Assembly (NCBI GenBank): GCA_964544155.1
Contig: CAZJAH010000008.1
Coordinates: forward strand, 3,674-67,673
DNA: 64,000 bases
Direction of reading: 5' to 3'
Source: an uncultured Hyphomicrobiales bacterium
GTDB lineage: Bacteria > Bacteroidota > Ignavibacteria > Kapaibacteriales > UBA2268
This document shows positions 47,241-57,364 of the stretch, piece after piece. A program made the translations under genes and the position numbers. Each line of letters begins with the position of its first letter. The first letter of the stretch is position 1. The notes beneath the pieces were generated by a model. It was not told where the DNA came from and made no database searches. It was given only the letters and a program-made list of their open reading frames with translations.

Positions 47241-48545
47241 CTACTCTCCATAAAGGTCGTAGGCTTCGGAGGATACTATCCTGACATCCGCGAATGTGCC
47301 GGGCTTAAGCTCCCGGTTTGAGCGTATTATCACGGCGTTATCTACTTCGGGGGCGTCGCGTTCCGTGCGGCCTGTGTAGCCGTTCGCTGTTTCGCCGTCG
47401 ATTAGTACTTTAAGCGTTTTACCTTCCAGCTCTTTATTCTTTTGAGTGGATATTTCCATTTGCTCGCGCATTAGTATATCCAGCCTTTCGGATTTTACTT
47501 CATCGGGGATGGGGTCACCCAGCTCAAAGGCGGAAGTTTCATCCTCGGGTGAATATTTGAAAACTCCGAGGCGGTCGAATTTGTATTCTTTTATGAATTC
47601 GTGCAGCTTAATGAAATCCTCTTCGGTTTCATTCGGGAATCCGGTAATGAAGGTGGTTCTTAGTGTTACCCCCGGGACATTTTCCCTGATAAGGTCAATG
47701 AGGTTCTTCAGTGATTGTTCGGAACTCCCCCTGCCCATAGCTTTCAGCACCGGATCGGAAATATGCTGAAGAGGGATATCTATATATTTGCAGAAGTTCT
47801 CTTTTTCTGCCATCACTTCGAGTATATCAACGGGGAATCCTACCGGGAAGGTGTACATCAGGCGCAGCCATTCCAGGCCATCAATGCCGGAGAGCTTATC
47901 CGCCAGGCTTGCAATAGTCGGCCTTCCGTAAAGGTCCTTTCCGTAATAGGTGGTATCCTGCGCAATCATCACCAGCTCTTTAACTCCATTTTGGACGAGC
48001 GTTTCAGCTTCGGCGATCAGTTCCTCCTCCGACTTTGATATATAAGTCCCCCTTATGAGCGGTATCGCGCAGAAGGCGCAGCGGTGGTTGCAGCCTTCGG
48101 ATATTTTCAGGTAAGCATAATGGCGGGGCGTTAGCAGTATCCTGCCGCCTTCATCCAATACTTCATAATCGCCTTTAAGTATTTTAATTATGTCGTGCTG
48201 GGAATTTACACCAAAAAAGTGATCTACCTCAAGCACCTGATCCCTTAGCTGCTTGCCGTAGCGCTCGGAAAGGCAGCCTGCGACGATGAGCTTTTTTAAC
48301 AGGCCGCGCTCTTTTAAATCAGCTGCCGAAAGTATCTGCTCTATGCTTTCCTGCTTGGCGTCATTAATAAAACCGCACGTGTTGATCACCCATGCATCTG
48401 CTTTTGAATAATCTTCAGTGTAAAGGAAACCGTTCTTATCCAGCAGGTATATGAGCCTTTCGGAATCGACCACATTCTTGCTGCAGCCAAGAGTCTGCAC
48501 CGCTACTCTTTTTATTTTACTTTTTTTGTTCTTTTTCCTGCTCAT
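47241..48545 (-). CDS. rimO: ribosomal protein S12 methylthiotransferase RimO (MiaB-family radical SAM)
   Basis: MTTase N-domain (VQTLGCSKNVVDSE), radical-SAM CNHRCAFCAIP, and a C-terminal TRAM domain. The RimO-versus-MiaB call is by length and N-terminus. Start re-called to MSRKKNKK. Confidence 0.7.
   Translation of the reverse strand: MSRKKNKKSKIKRVAVQTLGCSKNVVDSERLIYLLDKNGFLYTEDYSKADAWVINTCGFINDAKQESIEQILSAADLKERGLLKKLIVAGCLSERYGKQLRDQVLEVDHFFGVNSQHDIIKILKGDYEVLDEGGRILLTPRHYAYLKISEGCNHRCAFCAIPLIRGTYISKSEEELIAEAETLVQNGVKELVMIAQDTTYYGKDLYGRPTIASLADKLSGIDGLEWLRLMYTFPVGFPVDILEVMAEKENFCKYIDIPLQHISDPVLKAMGRGSSEQSLKNLIDLIRENVPGVTLRTTFITGFPNETEEDFIKLHEFIKEYKFDRLGVFKYSPEDETSAFELGDPIPDEVKSERLDILMREQMEISTQKNKELEGKTLKVLIDGETANGYTGRTERDAPEVDNAVIIRSNRELKPGTFADVRIVSSEAYDLYGE
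47244..47297. repeat. direct repeat copy B (inside the rimO 3' end), partner of 42181..42240
   Basis: See copy A. Confidence 0.8.
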
Positions 48546-48558
48546 AGATATTTTTTCT

Positions 48559-48594
48559 AAAAAAAAAAGCCCGGAGAGAATAAGGCCTCCGGGC
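48559..48594 (-). terminator. rho-independent terminator of tsaC (gcccggag..ctccgggc + T10 on minus) lying only about 14 nt upstream of the rimO start
   Basis: 8-bp GC-rich stem with a 10-nt loop, and a run of 10 A on the plus strand (10 U on the minus-strand transcript). Confidence 0.7.
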
Positions 48595-48616
48595 AAAGTT
48601 AATTATTATTCTCGAA

Positions 48617-49261
48617 CTATTCCGTTTCGTATTCAATGAATTTTCTTGCTTTTTCCAGCCCGGCGCCTTCTCTTAATATTGAAAAGACTTCCTCAGTCAT
48701 GTCTATAACCGTAGATTCGCCCGTAAAATCGTGTCCTTCCTGATTAACGGCCACATCGACTTTTTGAAGGAAATATTTCACCAGCTCATCATGGTTCTCA
48801 ATTATTTCACCATCCTCAGTTTTTGCCGAGATAGAGATTATCGGGCTGCCAAGTTCCTTAAGTAAAAGCTGCGAAAGATCATGCTCAGGCACTCTTATGC
48901 CCGCAGTTTTTCTTTTGGGGTTTTGTGCGAACTTAGGCACATTTTTGGAAGCCGGGAGAATAAAAGTATATGGCCCGGGAATAAGTCTTTTAATAGTTTT
49001 ATAGGCGTGATTACTAACCTTTGCAAACTCGGCTATATTTGTCAGAGAATCAGTCATAAATGTCAGTGATTGTGAATCGGGCATTCTTCGTATACTTCGA
49101 ATTCTGCTAATTGCTTCTTTGTTTGATAAAGCACAGCCGAGGCTGTATCCCGTATCGGTAGGGTATAAAATTACTGCTCCATCCCTAAGCTTTTCTGCAA
49201 CCGTACTGATCTTTCTCAGTTCAGGGGTTTCGGGGTGTATCGAAAGAACTAATGCTCCCAT
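48617..49261 (-). CDS. tsaC: L-threonylcarbamoyladenylate synthase (TsaC/YrdC/Sua5 family)
   Basis: ILYPTDTGYSLGCAL and the Sua5/YrdC fold length, at 214 aa. Confidence 0.8.
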   Translation of the reverse strand: MGALVLSIHPETPELRKISTVAEKLRDGAVILYPTDTGYSLGCALSNKEAISRIRSIRRMPDSQSLTFMTDSLTNIAEFAKVSNHAYKTIKRLIPGPYTFILPASKNVPKFAQNPKRKTAGIRVPEHDLSQLLLKELGSPIISISAKTEDGEIIENHDELVKYFLQKVDVAVNQEGHDFTGESTVIDMTEEVFSILREGAGLEKARKFIEYETE

Positions 49262-49297
49262 ATCAACTCCTGCTTAATTTTAAAAAATCGGATGCTC

Positions 49298-50779
49298 CTA
49301 TTCTTTGATCCTGCCTTTCGACTTAAACCAAAGGTATAGTGGCACTCCCGCGAATAATAAAAGTAGTCCGAACAATGAATCTATTATCTGTGCCCTCCCA
49401 TGCATATAATTATTTATGTCATTATATAAAGTAAAAATAACATATCCAAACGCGAAAATAATAAATATTGCCGGCAGCCACGGATAGCCTGTTACTTTAT
49501 ATGGCCTCGGGGCATCGGGCATCTTTTTTCTAAGGACGAACACACCATAGGCTCCTATTGCATAAAATATCCAGCTGACGAAAATAAGCATGTCCGTCAG
49601 AATATCGAATGTACCGCTCATTACAAGAAAACATGCCCAAACTGCCTGCAGTACAAGGGCGTTTGAAGGTGTACGGAATCGCGGATGCAGATAACCGATG
49701 GAATTGAAAAACATTTTATCGCGCGACATGGCAAAATAAACCCTCGCGCTTGCCATGATAGTTCCGTTAGAGGTTCCGAATGTGGATATCATCACCAGTG
49801 CCGCGACGAAAGCAGCTCCTATAGGTCCCATGGCGGCATTAGCAGCGTCGGCGGCAACCAGGTACGAACCCGCGGCCTCCTCGATCGGCATTATATAGAT
49901 AATTGCCACATTGAACAGCAGGTATACACCGATTACTATCCCTGTCCCTATTATAAGGGCGCCGGGAATATTTATCTGCGGCCTTTTGACTTCGCCGGCA
50001 AGGTATGTTATATTATTCCAGCCGTCGAATGACCAGAAGGCTCCTGCCATTGCCGCTATCACTGCCGAAAAAATCCCGGTTTCTACGGCGAGCGACGCAG
50101 TATATTCCCGTGAGAAATGCGCCGCTGAGCCTCCGCTGTAAGCAAAGCCGAATCCTATAAGAAGCAGTATGGCCATAATTTTTAGAGAAGTAAAGGTCAG
50201 TGATACCCTGCCGCCGAACTTCACTCCGTAATAATTCACTGTGGTCAGAAAAATAATTATGAACATAGTAAGTGATTTTACGCCAAAATTATTAAGCGGG
50301 AAAATCGAACCAATGTACGGAATATACAGCTCCACACCCTTTTCGATATGCTCGGGGAAGCGGGGCAGCACATAGAAATATTCCGAATACTCTGCGAAAA
50401 CATAGGTTATTGAAGCTATGGAGCCGGTTTGAATAACAGCGAATATAGCCCAGCCGTAAAGATAAGCCACCAGGTTGCCGTACATTTTTTGAAAATAAAC
50501 ATACTGGCCGCCTGTTTTAGTGATCATTCCGGCGATTTCCGCGTTGGTGAGTGCGCCAATTAGTGTGATTCCGCCAGCCAGGACCCATATACCTAGCAGA
50601 AGCGCCGGATCGCCCAACTGTGATGCCATTACGGCAGGCTTTTTGAAAATTCCGGAACCTATCATCGCACCGGTGACTATGGCGATTGTTGTTATAAGGT
50701 TAAGGTGCGGCTTCAAGCCGTAAGTATCTCTAAGCCCGTATTTGTCGCTGCTGTCAGTGTTCCCCATAGTAAGTGTCAT
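49298..50779 (-). CDS. APC-family amino acid permease
   Basis: 12 predicted TM segments and an N-terminal GSGIFKKPAVMASQLG (GSGIF) signature. Confidence 0.8.
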   Translation of the reverse strand: MTLTMGNTDSSDKYGLRDTYGLKPHLNLITTIAIVTGAMIGSGIFKKPAVMASQLGDPALLLGIWVLAGGITLIGALTNAEIAGMITKTGGQYVYFQKMYGNLVAYLYGWAIFAVIQTGSIASITYVFAEYSEYFYVLPRFPEHIEKGVELYIPYIGSIFPLNNFGVKSLTMFIIIFLTTVNYYGVKFGGRVSLTFTSLKIMAILLLIGFGFAYSGGSAAHFSREYTASLAVETGIFSAVIAAMAGAFWSFDGWNNITYLAGEVKRPQINIPGALIIGTGIVIGVYLLFNVAIIYIMPIEEAAGSYLVAADAANAAMGPIGAAFVAALVMISTFGTSNGTIMASARVYFAMSRDKMFFNSIGYLHPRFRTPSNALVLQAVWACFLVMSGTFDILTDMLIFVSWIFYAIGAYGVFVLRKKMPDAPRPYKVTGYPWLPAIFIIFAFGYVIFTLYNDINNYMHGRAQIIDSLFGLLLLFAGVPLYLWFKSKGRIKE

Positions 50780-50840
50780 TTTTTCAAATAAGCATTATAA
50801 CTAATATAGAAAATAAATATTTGATGTAGATGCGCATTTA

Positions 50841-52529
50841 ATGAAATTTTTTAATAACTTTGAATTATTAACAACTACTTTCAGATCTTTTTTGAAATTA
50901 CGCGATAAATATCTGTTTGCTGTAGTATCAGGCGCTCTGCTGGCGCTGTCATTTCCGCCGGTGCCGCTGCCTTTATTTGCTTTTATCGGCTTGGTGCCGC
51001 TGCTTATCATTTTTGAAACCGAACCTGAGACAAACCATAAATTCACGCTGCTTTATCTGGCTTTTTTTATATATCACGGCGGTACTAACTGGTGGATTTC
51101 AAGCTGGCAGGAGCAGTCAGATCCTTATCTTTTTGCTTCAGGTATAGCAACCTGGATAGTTCATCCTTTTTTCTTTATGCTGCCTTTTATCCCATATTTT
51201 TATATGAAGAGTAAGCTCCGGGGATACACGGCCCTGAGCTTTTTTCCGGTATTCTGGATAGTTTTTGAATGGACTCACGGCCTGGGCGACCTTTCTTATC
51301 CATGGCTGACTCTGGGCAATACCCAGATACATAATACCCACTGGATACAGTTCATTGATATCACGGGAGTTTGGGGAGCAAGCCTTTTAATAGTTATAGC
51401 TAATACCGGAATTAGCAGATTCATACTTGAATACAGGCGCCTGAACCGTGCCGGACTGAAAAGTGAACTGAAAAACATGCAAATAAAATTCTCGATAGCT
51501 CTGATAGCATTTTTATTAATCCCATATATTTACGGCTTTGTGCGCATTGCACAGTTCGATCATGATGATTTGCTCAATAAAGGGGAATCACTTAATATCG
51601 GGCTTATACAGCCGAATATAGATCCATGGGAGAAATGGCAGCTCGACCCCTATCAGCAGGTACTCTTGCACATGGAACTCCAGGATTCATTAAAGAATGA
51701 AGTCAAGCAGCTCGACCTTGCTATTTGGAGCGAAACAGCAATTCGTTTCCTGGGGTACAGCTTTAACCGCGACCATGATTTTTCTTTTTTAAAAAAATGG
51801 GTAGATACAAGTAAAACGGCCCTGTTAAGCGGCATAGTCGATTATTATTTCTATCCTGAGGATACCGAAATACCGCCCTCAGCAAAAAGATTTGAGGACG
51901 CCCCTGAGATTGCTTATGAATCATATAACGCGGCTTTGTTGATAAATCCGGTAGAATTGCCCGATACCACGCGAATGCACAGGAAAATGCGCCTGACTCC
52001 GTTCGCTGAAAGGCTGCCCTATGTGGAAATTTTCTCATTCGCCAAAAAGTGGTTCGAGTGGGGAGTGGGTATTTCCGGATGGGCCAAGGGAAAAGTCCAG
52101 AAACCCCTGCTTTACCACCATGAAGAAGATTCCGCTTATATCGGTACCATAATTTGTATAGAATCGATTTACCCCGATTTTGTAAAGAATTTCACTCTAA
52201 AAGGAGCGACCATTCTCTCGGTGATCACGAATGATTCATGGTTCGACCATACCCCGGGCCCCGAGCAGCATTACCAGATAGCCGCTGTGAGAGCCATAGA
52301 GAACAGGCGATATATCGCGCGGACCGCTAATTCCGGAGTGACAGGCTTCATAAAGCCGACCGGGGAAACTCTGCTTAGGGCAAAGCAGTACGAAAAAACT
52401 GCAGTTGCCGCTACCATTCCCGAGCTTAAAGTCATCACGCCATATGTTAGGTTCGGAAACTGGCTGCCCTTTTTAGGCCTTGTAATTACCGTAATTGCTT
52501 TGTTTTATGCCAGGTTCCGTAAGCACTGA
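50841..52529 (+). CDS. lnt: apolipoprotein N-acyltransferase
   Basis: A polytopic N-terminal membrane domain plus a CN-hydrolase domain (GLIQPNIDPWEKW, catalytic TIICIESIY). Confidence 0.8.
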   Translation: MKFFNNFELLTTTFRSFLKLRDKYLFAVVSGALLALSFPPVPLPLFAFIGLVPLLIIFETEPETNHKFTLLYLAFFIYHGGTNWWISSWQEQSDPYLFASGIATWIVHPFFFMLPFIPYFYMKSKLRGYTALSFFPVFWIVFEWTHGLGDLSYPWLTLGNTQIHNTHWIQFIDITGVWGASLLIVIANTGISRFILEYRRLNRAGLKSELKNMQIKFSIALIAFLLIPYIYGFVRIAQFDHDDLLNKGESLNIGLIQPNIDPWEKWQLDPYQQVLLHMELQDSLKNEVKQLDLAIWSETAIRFLGYSFNRDHDFSFLKKWVDTSKTALLSGIVDYYFYPEDTEIPPSAKRFEDAPEIAYESYNAALLINPVELPDTTRMHRKMRLTPFAERLPYVEIFSFAKKWFEWGVGISGWAKGKVQKPLLYHHEEDSAYIGTIICIESIYPDFVKNFTLKGATILSVITNDSWFDHTPGPEQHYQIAAVRAIENRRYIARTANSGVTGFIKPTGETLLRAKQYEKTAVAATIPELKVITPYVRFGNWLPFLGLVITVIALFYARFRKH

Positions 52530-52639
52530 TCAACAATTTTTCTGAAACAAATCATTAAATTTCCCGTATTATTTAAAATATATTTCTAACTAAGAATATA
52601 AGAACTATAGTATATTTTTTTGTGTTAATGGAGTTAACT

Positions 52640-53980
52640 ATGAGATTAATTAACCGGACAGCGGCATTGCTGACGCTGCTTTTTATTTTCGCGTTTTCGG
52701 CCAGAGGCCTTATGGCCCAGGCCAATCCCGTTCAATTCGTAAAGGATTCACTTGAAAACGGCCTTCAGGTAATTTATCATGTTGATAAATCAGCTCCTGT
52801 GGTTGCAACAGTTCTGCACTACCGGGTAGGATCAAAAGATGAAGATCCCTCCAGGACAGGTTTTGCTCATTTCTTTGAGCACCTGATGTTTGAAGCAACT
52901 GATGATATCCCGCGCGCTTCAATGGATAAATATGTTCAGGAAGCAGGCGGCAGCCTTAACGCGCATACCGCTTTTGATGAAACCGTTTACCAGTTCAAGC
53001 TGCCATCGAATGAAGTTAAACTGGCTCTATGGATAGAATCACAAAGAATGAGAAAACTCCATGTGAATGAAATCGGGGTAGAAACACAGCGCGGAGTGGT
53101 TAAGGAAGAAAGAAAAACCCGTGTCGATAACCAGCCCTACGGCAATTTGCTCGAAAAAATGGCGAAAGAGCTATTCAAAGGCGGATCTTATTCCTGGACT
53201 CCTATTGGATCGGAGCAGCATATTGATATCGCGGCTATTGAAGAATTTAAAGCCTTTTATAATAGTTTTTACCAGCCGAATAATGCTACTCTTGTTGTAG
53301 CCGGAGATTTTGAAATCACCGAAGTAAAGAAATATGTTAAAGATTATTTCGGCCATTACGAACGCGCGCCCGAACCGGCAAGGTCGGAATTCAAACTGCT
53401 GCCTTTAGAAAAAGAATACAGGGAAACAATCAAAGACGATAAAGCTACACTTCCGGCTGTATTTATGGGCTACAGGGGGCCCAAGCTCGGTTCGGATGAT
53501 TATTACGCCATGAACCTTTTAACAGACATTATGGCAGCGGGAGAAAGCTCAAGAATGTACCGCAAACTTGTTGACGAAAAAGAACTTGCAATTCAGACGG
53601 CTGTAATTCCTTTCAGCCTGCAGCATTCGGGTATGATATTGCTATACGGCATTCCTAATATGGGAGTAGATGTAACTAAAGTTGAAAAAGAGATGTATAA
53701 AGTTATTGACAGAATTGTTAAAGACGGAGTCACAGACGATGAATTACAAAAAGCAAGAAATATCAAGGAAGCCCAATCGGTAGAAGGCAAAAAAAGCGTA
53801 CTCAGGAAAGCTATGGACCTGGCGCAGTTCAACAGCTACTACGGCGATCCTTCGCTAATAAATAACGAGATCGACAAATATCTCCAGGTATCTAAAGAAG
53901 ACCTCAAGAGGGTAGCGAAAAAATATTTCGATATAGATAAAAAAATTGTACTTACTTATCTGCCGTCGGAAGCTCAGTAA
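52640..53980 (+). CDS. M16 family zinc peptidase (active, HxxEH)
   Basis: HFFEHLMFE inverted zincin motif, signal peptide; start re-called to MRLINRT. Confidence 0.9.
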   Translation: MRLINRTAALLTLLFIFAFSARGLMAQANPVQFVKDSLENGLQVIYHVDKSAPVVATVLHYRVGSKDEDPSRTGFAHFFEHLMFEATDDIPRASMDKYVQEAGGSLNAHTAFDETVYQFKLPSNEVKLALWIESQRMRKLHVNEIGVETQRGVVKEERKTRVDNQPYGNLLEKMAKELFKGGSYSWTPIGSEQHIDIAAIEEFKAFYNSFYQPNNATLVVAGDFEITEVKKYVKDYFGHYERAPEPARSEFKLLPLEKEYRETIKDDKATLPAVFMGYRGPKLGSDDYYAMNLLTDIMAAGESSRMYRKLVDEKELAIQTAVIPFSLQHSGMILLYGIPNMGVDVTKVEKEMYKVIDRIVKDGVTDDELQKARNIKEAQSVEGKKSVLRKAMDLAQFNSYYGDPSLINNEIDKYLQVSKEDLKRVAKKYFDIDKKIVLTYLPSEAQ

Positions 53981-54046
53981 TTATTCAGAAAAAAGCTCAG
54001 TTTTTTAAAAGAAAAGAATTATCATAATAAATACGGACAGAAAAAA

Positions 54047-56110
54047 ATGAAAAGATTTATTTCAGTATTAACTTTATTCTTAATAATCTCCGGTGTAGCG
54101 GCTGCCCAGGATATAGACTTATCCCAAAAGCCCCAGCCCCTGCCGGAAAAAGACTTCCCTTTCCCGGCATATTCTGAAAAAGAAATGGCTAACGGCATTA
54201 AAGTGCTCTTTGTTGAAGACCATGAGCAGCCCACAGTGACTTTCAGGCTTATGATACCCGGCGGGACAAATCTGGAAGGCGATAAATCGGGATTAGCGGA
54301 AATGACTGCTTACCTCATTACTAAAGGCGCCGGTGACAGAAAAGCGCTCGATATCGCGCAAGCAATTGACGGCGTGGGAGCCAGCCTTAACACAAGCGCG
54401 GGAGAGGCAATGTTCATTTCGGCATCCGGCCTTAAAAAGCACATGGATATAATGCTCGATGTAATGTCGGATGTACTTCTTAAACCAAAATTCCCCGAAG
54501 AGGAATTCGATAAGCTCGTAAAACAAATGCTTACCGGCATTAAAAACGAAAAATCAGATCCTTCTCTTCTGGCAGCAAATTTATCGAAGATGGTTGTTTA
54601 CGGTAAAAATCATCCCTACGGGCAAAGGCCGACAGAGAAATCGATCAACTCAATAACAAACGAAGACGTTAAGAATTTCTATAAAAATTATTTCAAACCA
54701 CAGGACGCCCTTCTTGCCGTAGTAGGCGATGTTAAAGCGTCGGATATTATGCCTGTTCTCGAAGAAAAATTCGGCGCCTGGGAAGGTGATGCCCCCGAGA
54801 TAAACGTACCGCCGACAAAACCTATGGCTAAAGGCGTGTACTTTGTCGAAAGGCCCGGATCGGTGCAGTCATCGACCCTTATCGCCACCAGGACTATTCC
54901 GAGATCACACAGAGACTATGTGAGGCTCGATGTGGCTGCCGATATCATTGGTGCGGGATTCGCGGGGAGGCTTTTCAGAACTTTGAGGGAAACATATTCC
55001 TATACCTATACGCCTTTCGGTTATCTGACTTCTGCGAAATATACCAACAGGTTCGCCTGCGGTGCTGACGTCAGAAATGATGTTACCGATTCTGCTATCG
55101 CCATAACATTAGACCAGCTAAGGCTGTTGGCTTCAGAACCACCGTCAGAAGAAGAGCTTAACAGGATCAAAAGATTTTCAGTTGGTTCATATTTGATGAA
55201 TTTCGAAAGCTCGTCTTATGTAGCTTCACTTATTCAAAACGCGGAATTTCACGGCATCCCGATCACTATGATCAAAGAATATCCGAATAACCTTATGCGG
55301 ATCACTCCTGCTCAGGTAAGCCAGGTGGCGCGTCAATACATGAACCCCGATGACGCTTATATTATTGTGGTCGGCGATCCTTCAGTAAAAGAAAAAATTG
55401 AAAAATTCGGCAAAGTTTATACTTATAATCTCGACCTGGAGCCTGCTGACATGAAACTCCCCAAAGCAGGTATTGACGCGGATGAACTGATGGATAAATA
55501 CATAAACGCCCTCGGCGGCAAGGAAAAGCTGGATAACATCCGGACAATTCATGGTTCGGGTAATCTCGAATTGACCTTGCAGGGCAGGCAAATACCGGGT
55601 ACTTTTGAAGTAAAACAAAAGAAAGGCGGCAAACTATATCGATTTATGGATATGGGTATGATGCAGGTAACCGAGTGGGTAAACAGCGACTCTGCATGGG
55701 TTAAGCAGGGGCCAAGCGTTACGCACCTTGATGGCGAAGACCTCGACAGCTATAAGCAGGAAGCTATGCTTTTCCGCGAATCTAAGCTGATGGAACAAGG
55801 CTATAAGCTGGAGGTAATGGGCAAAATGGACAGCAATATAGTTATGAAAGCTGTTTCTCCGGCCGGAAAAGAAATGACACTCTACTTCGGCGAAAATGAC
55901 CACTTATTGAATAAAATAGAAAAAATGGAGGATACACCCCAGGGGCCTATGGCCATTACCGTTAAATATGAGCAATACGCTGATGTAAGCGGAGTAAAAC
56001 TGCCCCAGGTGATAATCCAGGAAAATCCCCAATTCACCATTAAAATGACCGGCGAATATAAGACCGGAGTTGAATTTGAGGATTCGGCTTTTGTTCCTTC
56101 TGAAAACTAA
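54047..56110 (+). CDS. M16 family peptidase-like protein lacking HxxEH (probable non-catalytic partner) with about 250-aa C-terminal extension
   Basis: M16 N/C-domain pattern (GGTNLEGDKSGLAEM, LLAVVGDV) with no HxxEH. Signal peptide. Confidence 0.75.
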   Translation: MKRFISVLTLFLIISGVAAAQDIDLSQKPQPLPEKDFPFPAYSEKEMANGIKVLFVEDHEQPTVTFRLMIPGGTNLEGDKSGLAEMTAYLITKGAGDRKALDIAQAIDGVGASLNTSAGEAMFISASGLKKHMDIMLDVMSDVLLKPKFPEEEFDKLVKQMLTGIKNEKSDPSLLAANLSKMVVYGKNHPYGQRPTEKSINSITNEDVKNFYKNYFKPQDALLAVVGDVKASDIMPVLEEKFGAWEGDAPEINVPPTKPMAKGVYFVERPGSVQSSTLIATRTIPRSHRDYVRLDVAADIIGAGFAGRLFRTLRETYSYTYTPFGYLTSAKYTNRFACGADVRNDVTDSAIAITLDQLRLLASEPPSEEELNRIKRFSVGSYLMNFESSSYVASLIQNAEFHGIPITMIKEYPNNLMRITPAQVSQVARQYMNPDDAYIIVVGDPSVKEKIEKFGKVYTYNLDLEPADMKLPKAGIDADELMDKYINALGGKEKLDNIRTIHGSGNLELTLQGRQIPGTFEVKQKKGGKLYRFMDMGMMQVTEWVNSDSAWVKQGPSVTHLDGEDLDSYKQEAMLFRESKLMEQGYKLEVMGKMDSNIVMKAVSPAGKEMTLYFGENDHLLNKIEKMEDTPQGPMAITVKYEQYADVSGVKLPQVIIQENPQFTIKMTGEYKTGVEFEDSAFVPSEN

Positions 56111-56135
56111 AAATTGCCGGCTACACAGATATACA

Positions 56136-56168
56136 AGGCTGTTTCAGAAATGGAGCAGCCTTTTTTTA
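56136..56168 (+). terminator. rho-independent terminator (aggctg..cagcct + T7)
   Basis: 6-bp stem and TTTTTTT. Confidence 0.6.
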
Positions 56169-56341
56169 ACCGCTATTAAAAAGTTAATTGTATATAAAAA
56201 TAAAATTAATTATATTTCTTTTTAGTAATAAAGATGTTTCGTTGCTTATTATGTATTGCTTTTAGTACTTTTTTTATTTAATTTCCAACAGCTAATTGCT
56301 TGTAAAAGCGTTTCTTTTAAACAGTAAACAGGCTGATCGAA

Positions 56342-57364
56342 ATGGCCAATCACCATAAGGTTCTGATTGTAGAAGACGAATTAACGAATTCAATTCTCTT
56401 AAAGAGAATACTCAATAAAGCCGGCTATACAACAGTTGTAGCTAATAACGGCGCGGAAGCCCTGCAGCATCTCGATAAAGAAAAATTCGACGCTGTACTT
56501 ACCGATTGGATGATGCCCCAGGTGGACGGTATAGAACTTATCAGAAGGATGCGGGAGAACCTCGAAAAACTTCCGCTTATCATAATGATCACCGCCCTGG
56601 TATCGGAAGGCGCGAGGACTTATGCACTGGAATCCGGCGCGGATGATTACATTGCCAAGCCCATTGATGTTGAAGAGCTGCTCACACGGCTTAAAGACGG
56701 CCTTGCACGGTATGAGCAATCGCCTCCAGGTGTAGTTAAGGAAACAGTAACACGGGAACTCTCTCAGAAGCCCCCATTTGTAGGGGTAGTGATCGGTACA
56801 AGCACCGGCGGCCCGCCTACTCTTATTGAATTATTCAAAAATGTAGATCCGGGGGGCAATGCCGCTTTCTATGTAGTTCAGCACGGGCCTCCATGGATGC
56901 TGGAGACTTTCTCGCAGCGCCTGCAAAGGGAAACCAGCTTTAAGGTAAACCTGGCGGTCAACGGCGCCGATTCCGCGCCAGGCAATATATATATAGCCCC
57001 GGGGGATAAACACCTCCGAGTAAAAGCCGGTAGTTTAAAGCTCGAATTGGATGACGGCCCTAAAGAAAACTTTGTCAAACCCTCTGCCGACCCCCTGTTC
57101 CGTACCGCCGCAGATGCTTTCGGCAAATTTACTGTGGGAGTAATACTGACAGGCTTAGGCCGTGACGGCGCTCAGGGCGCGGGCCAGATAGCTGCAGTTA
57201 AGGGCAGGGTTATTGTGCAGGATCCGGAAACGGCCGTGGCGCCATCAATGCCAAGGACTGTAATTGAATCAGGTATCGACCATAAAGTTATAAAACTCGA
57301 CGAGCTCGGCAAATACCTGAATGAAACCATATTCCAGGTATCAGCAAGGCTCAAAGCCAAATAA
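56342..57364 (+). CDS. cheB: chemotaxis response regulator protein-glutamate methylesterase
   Basis: REC domain (VLIVEDE...DAVLTDWMMPQVDG...K) and a CheB methylesterase domain (VIGTSTGGPPTL, VQHGP, GLGRDGAQGAGQIAAVKGRVIVQD). Confidence 0.8.
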   Translation: MANHHKVLIVEDELTNSILLKRILNKAGYTTVVANNGAEALQHLDKEKFDAVLTDWMMPQVDGIELIRRMRENLEKLPLIIMITALVSEGARTYALESGADDYIAKPIDVEELLTRLKDGLARYEQSPPGVVKETVTRELSQKPPFVGVVIGTSTGGPPTLIELFKNVDPGGNAAFYVVQHGPPWMLETFSQRLQRETSFKVNLAVNGADSAPGNIYIAPGDKHLRVKAGSLKLELDDGPKENFVKPSADPLFRTAADAFGKFTVGVILTGLGRDGAQGAGQIAAVKGRVIVQDPETAVAPSMPRTVIESGIDHKVIKLDELGKYLNETIFQVSARLKAK

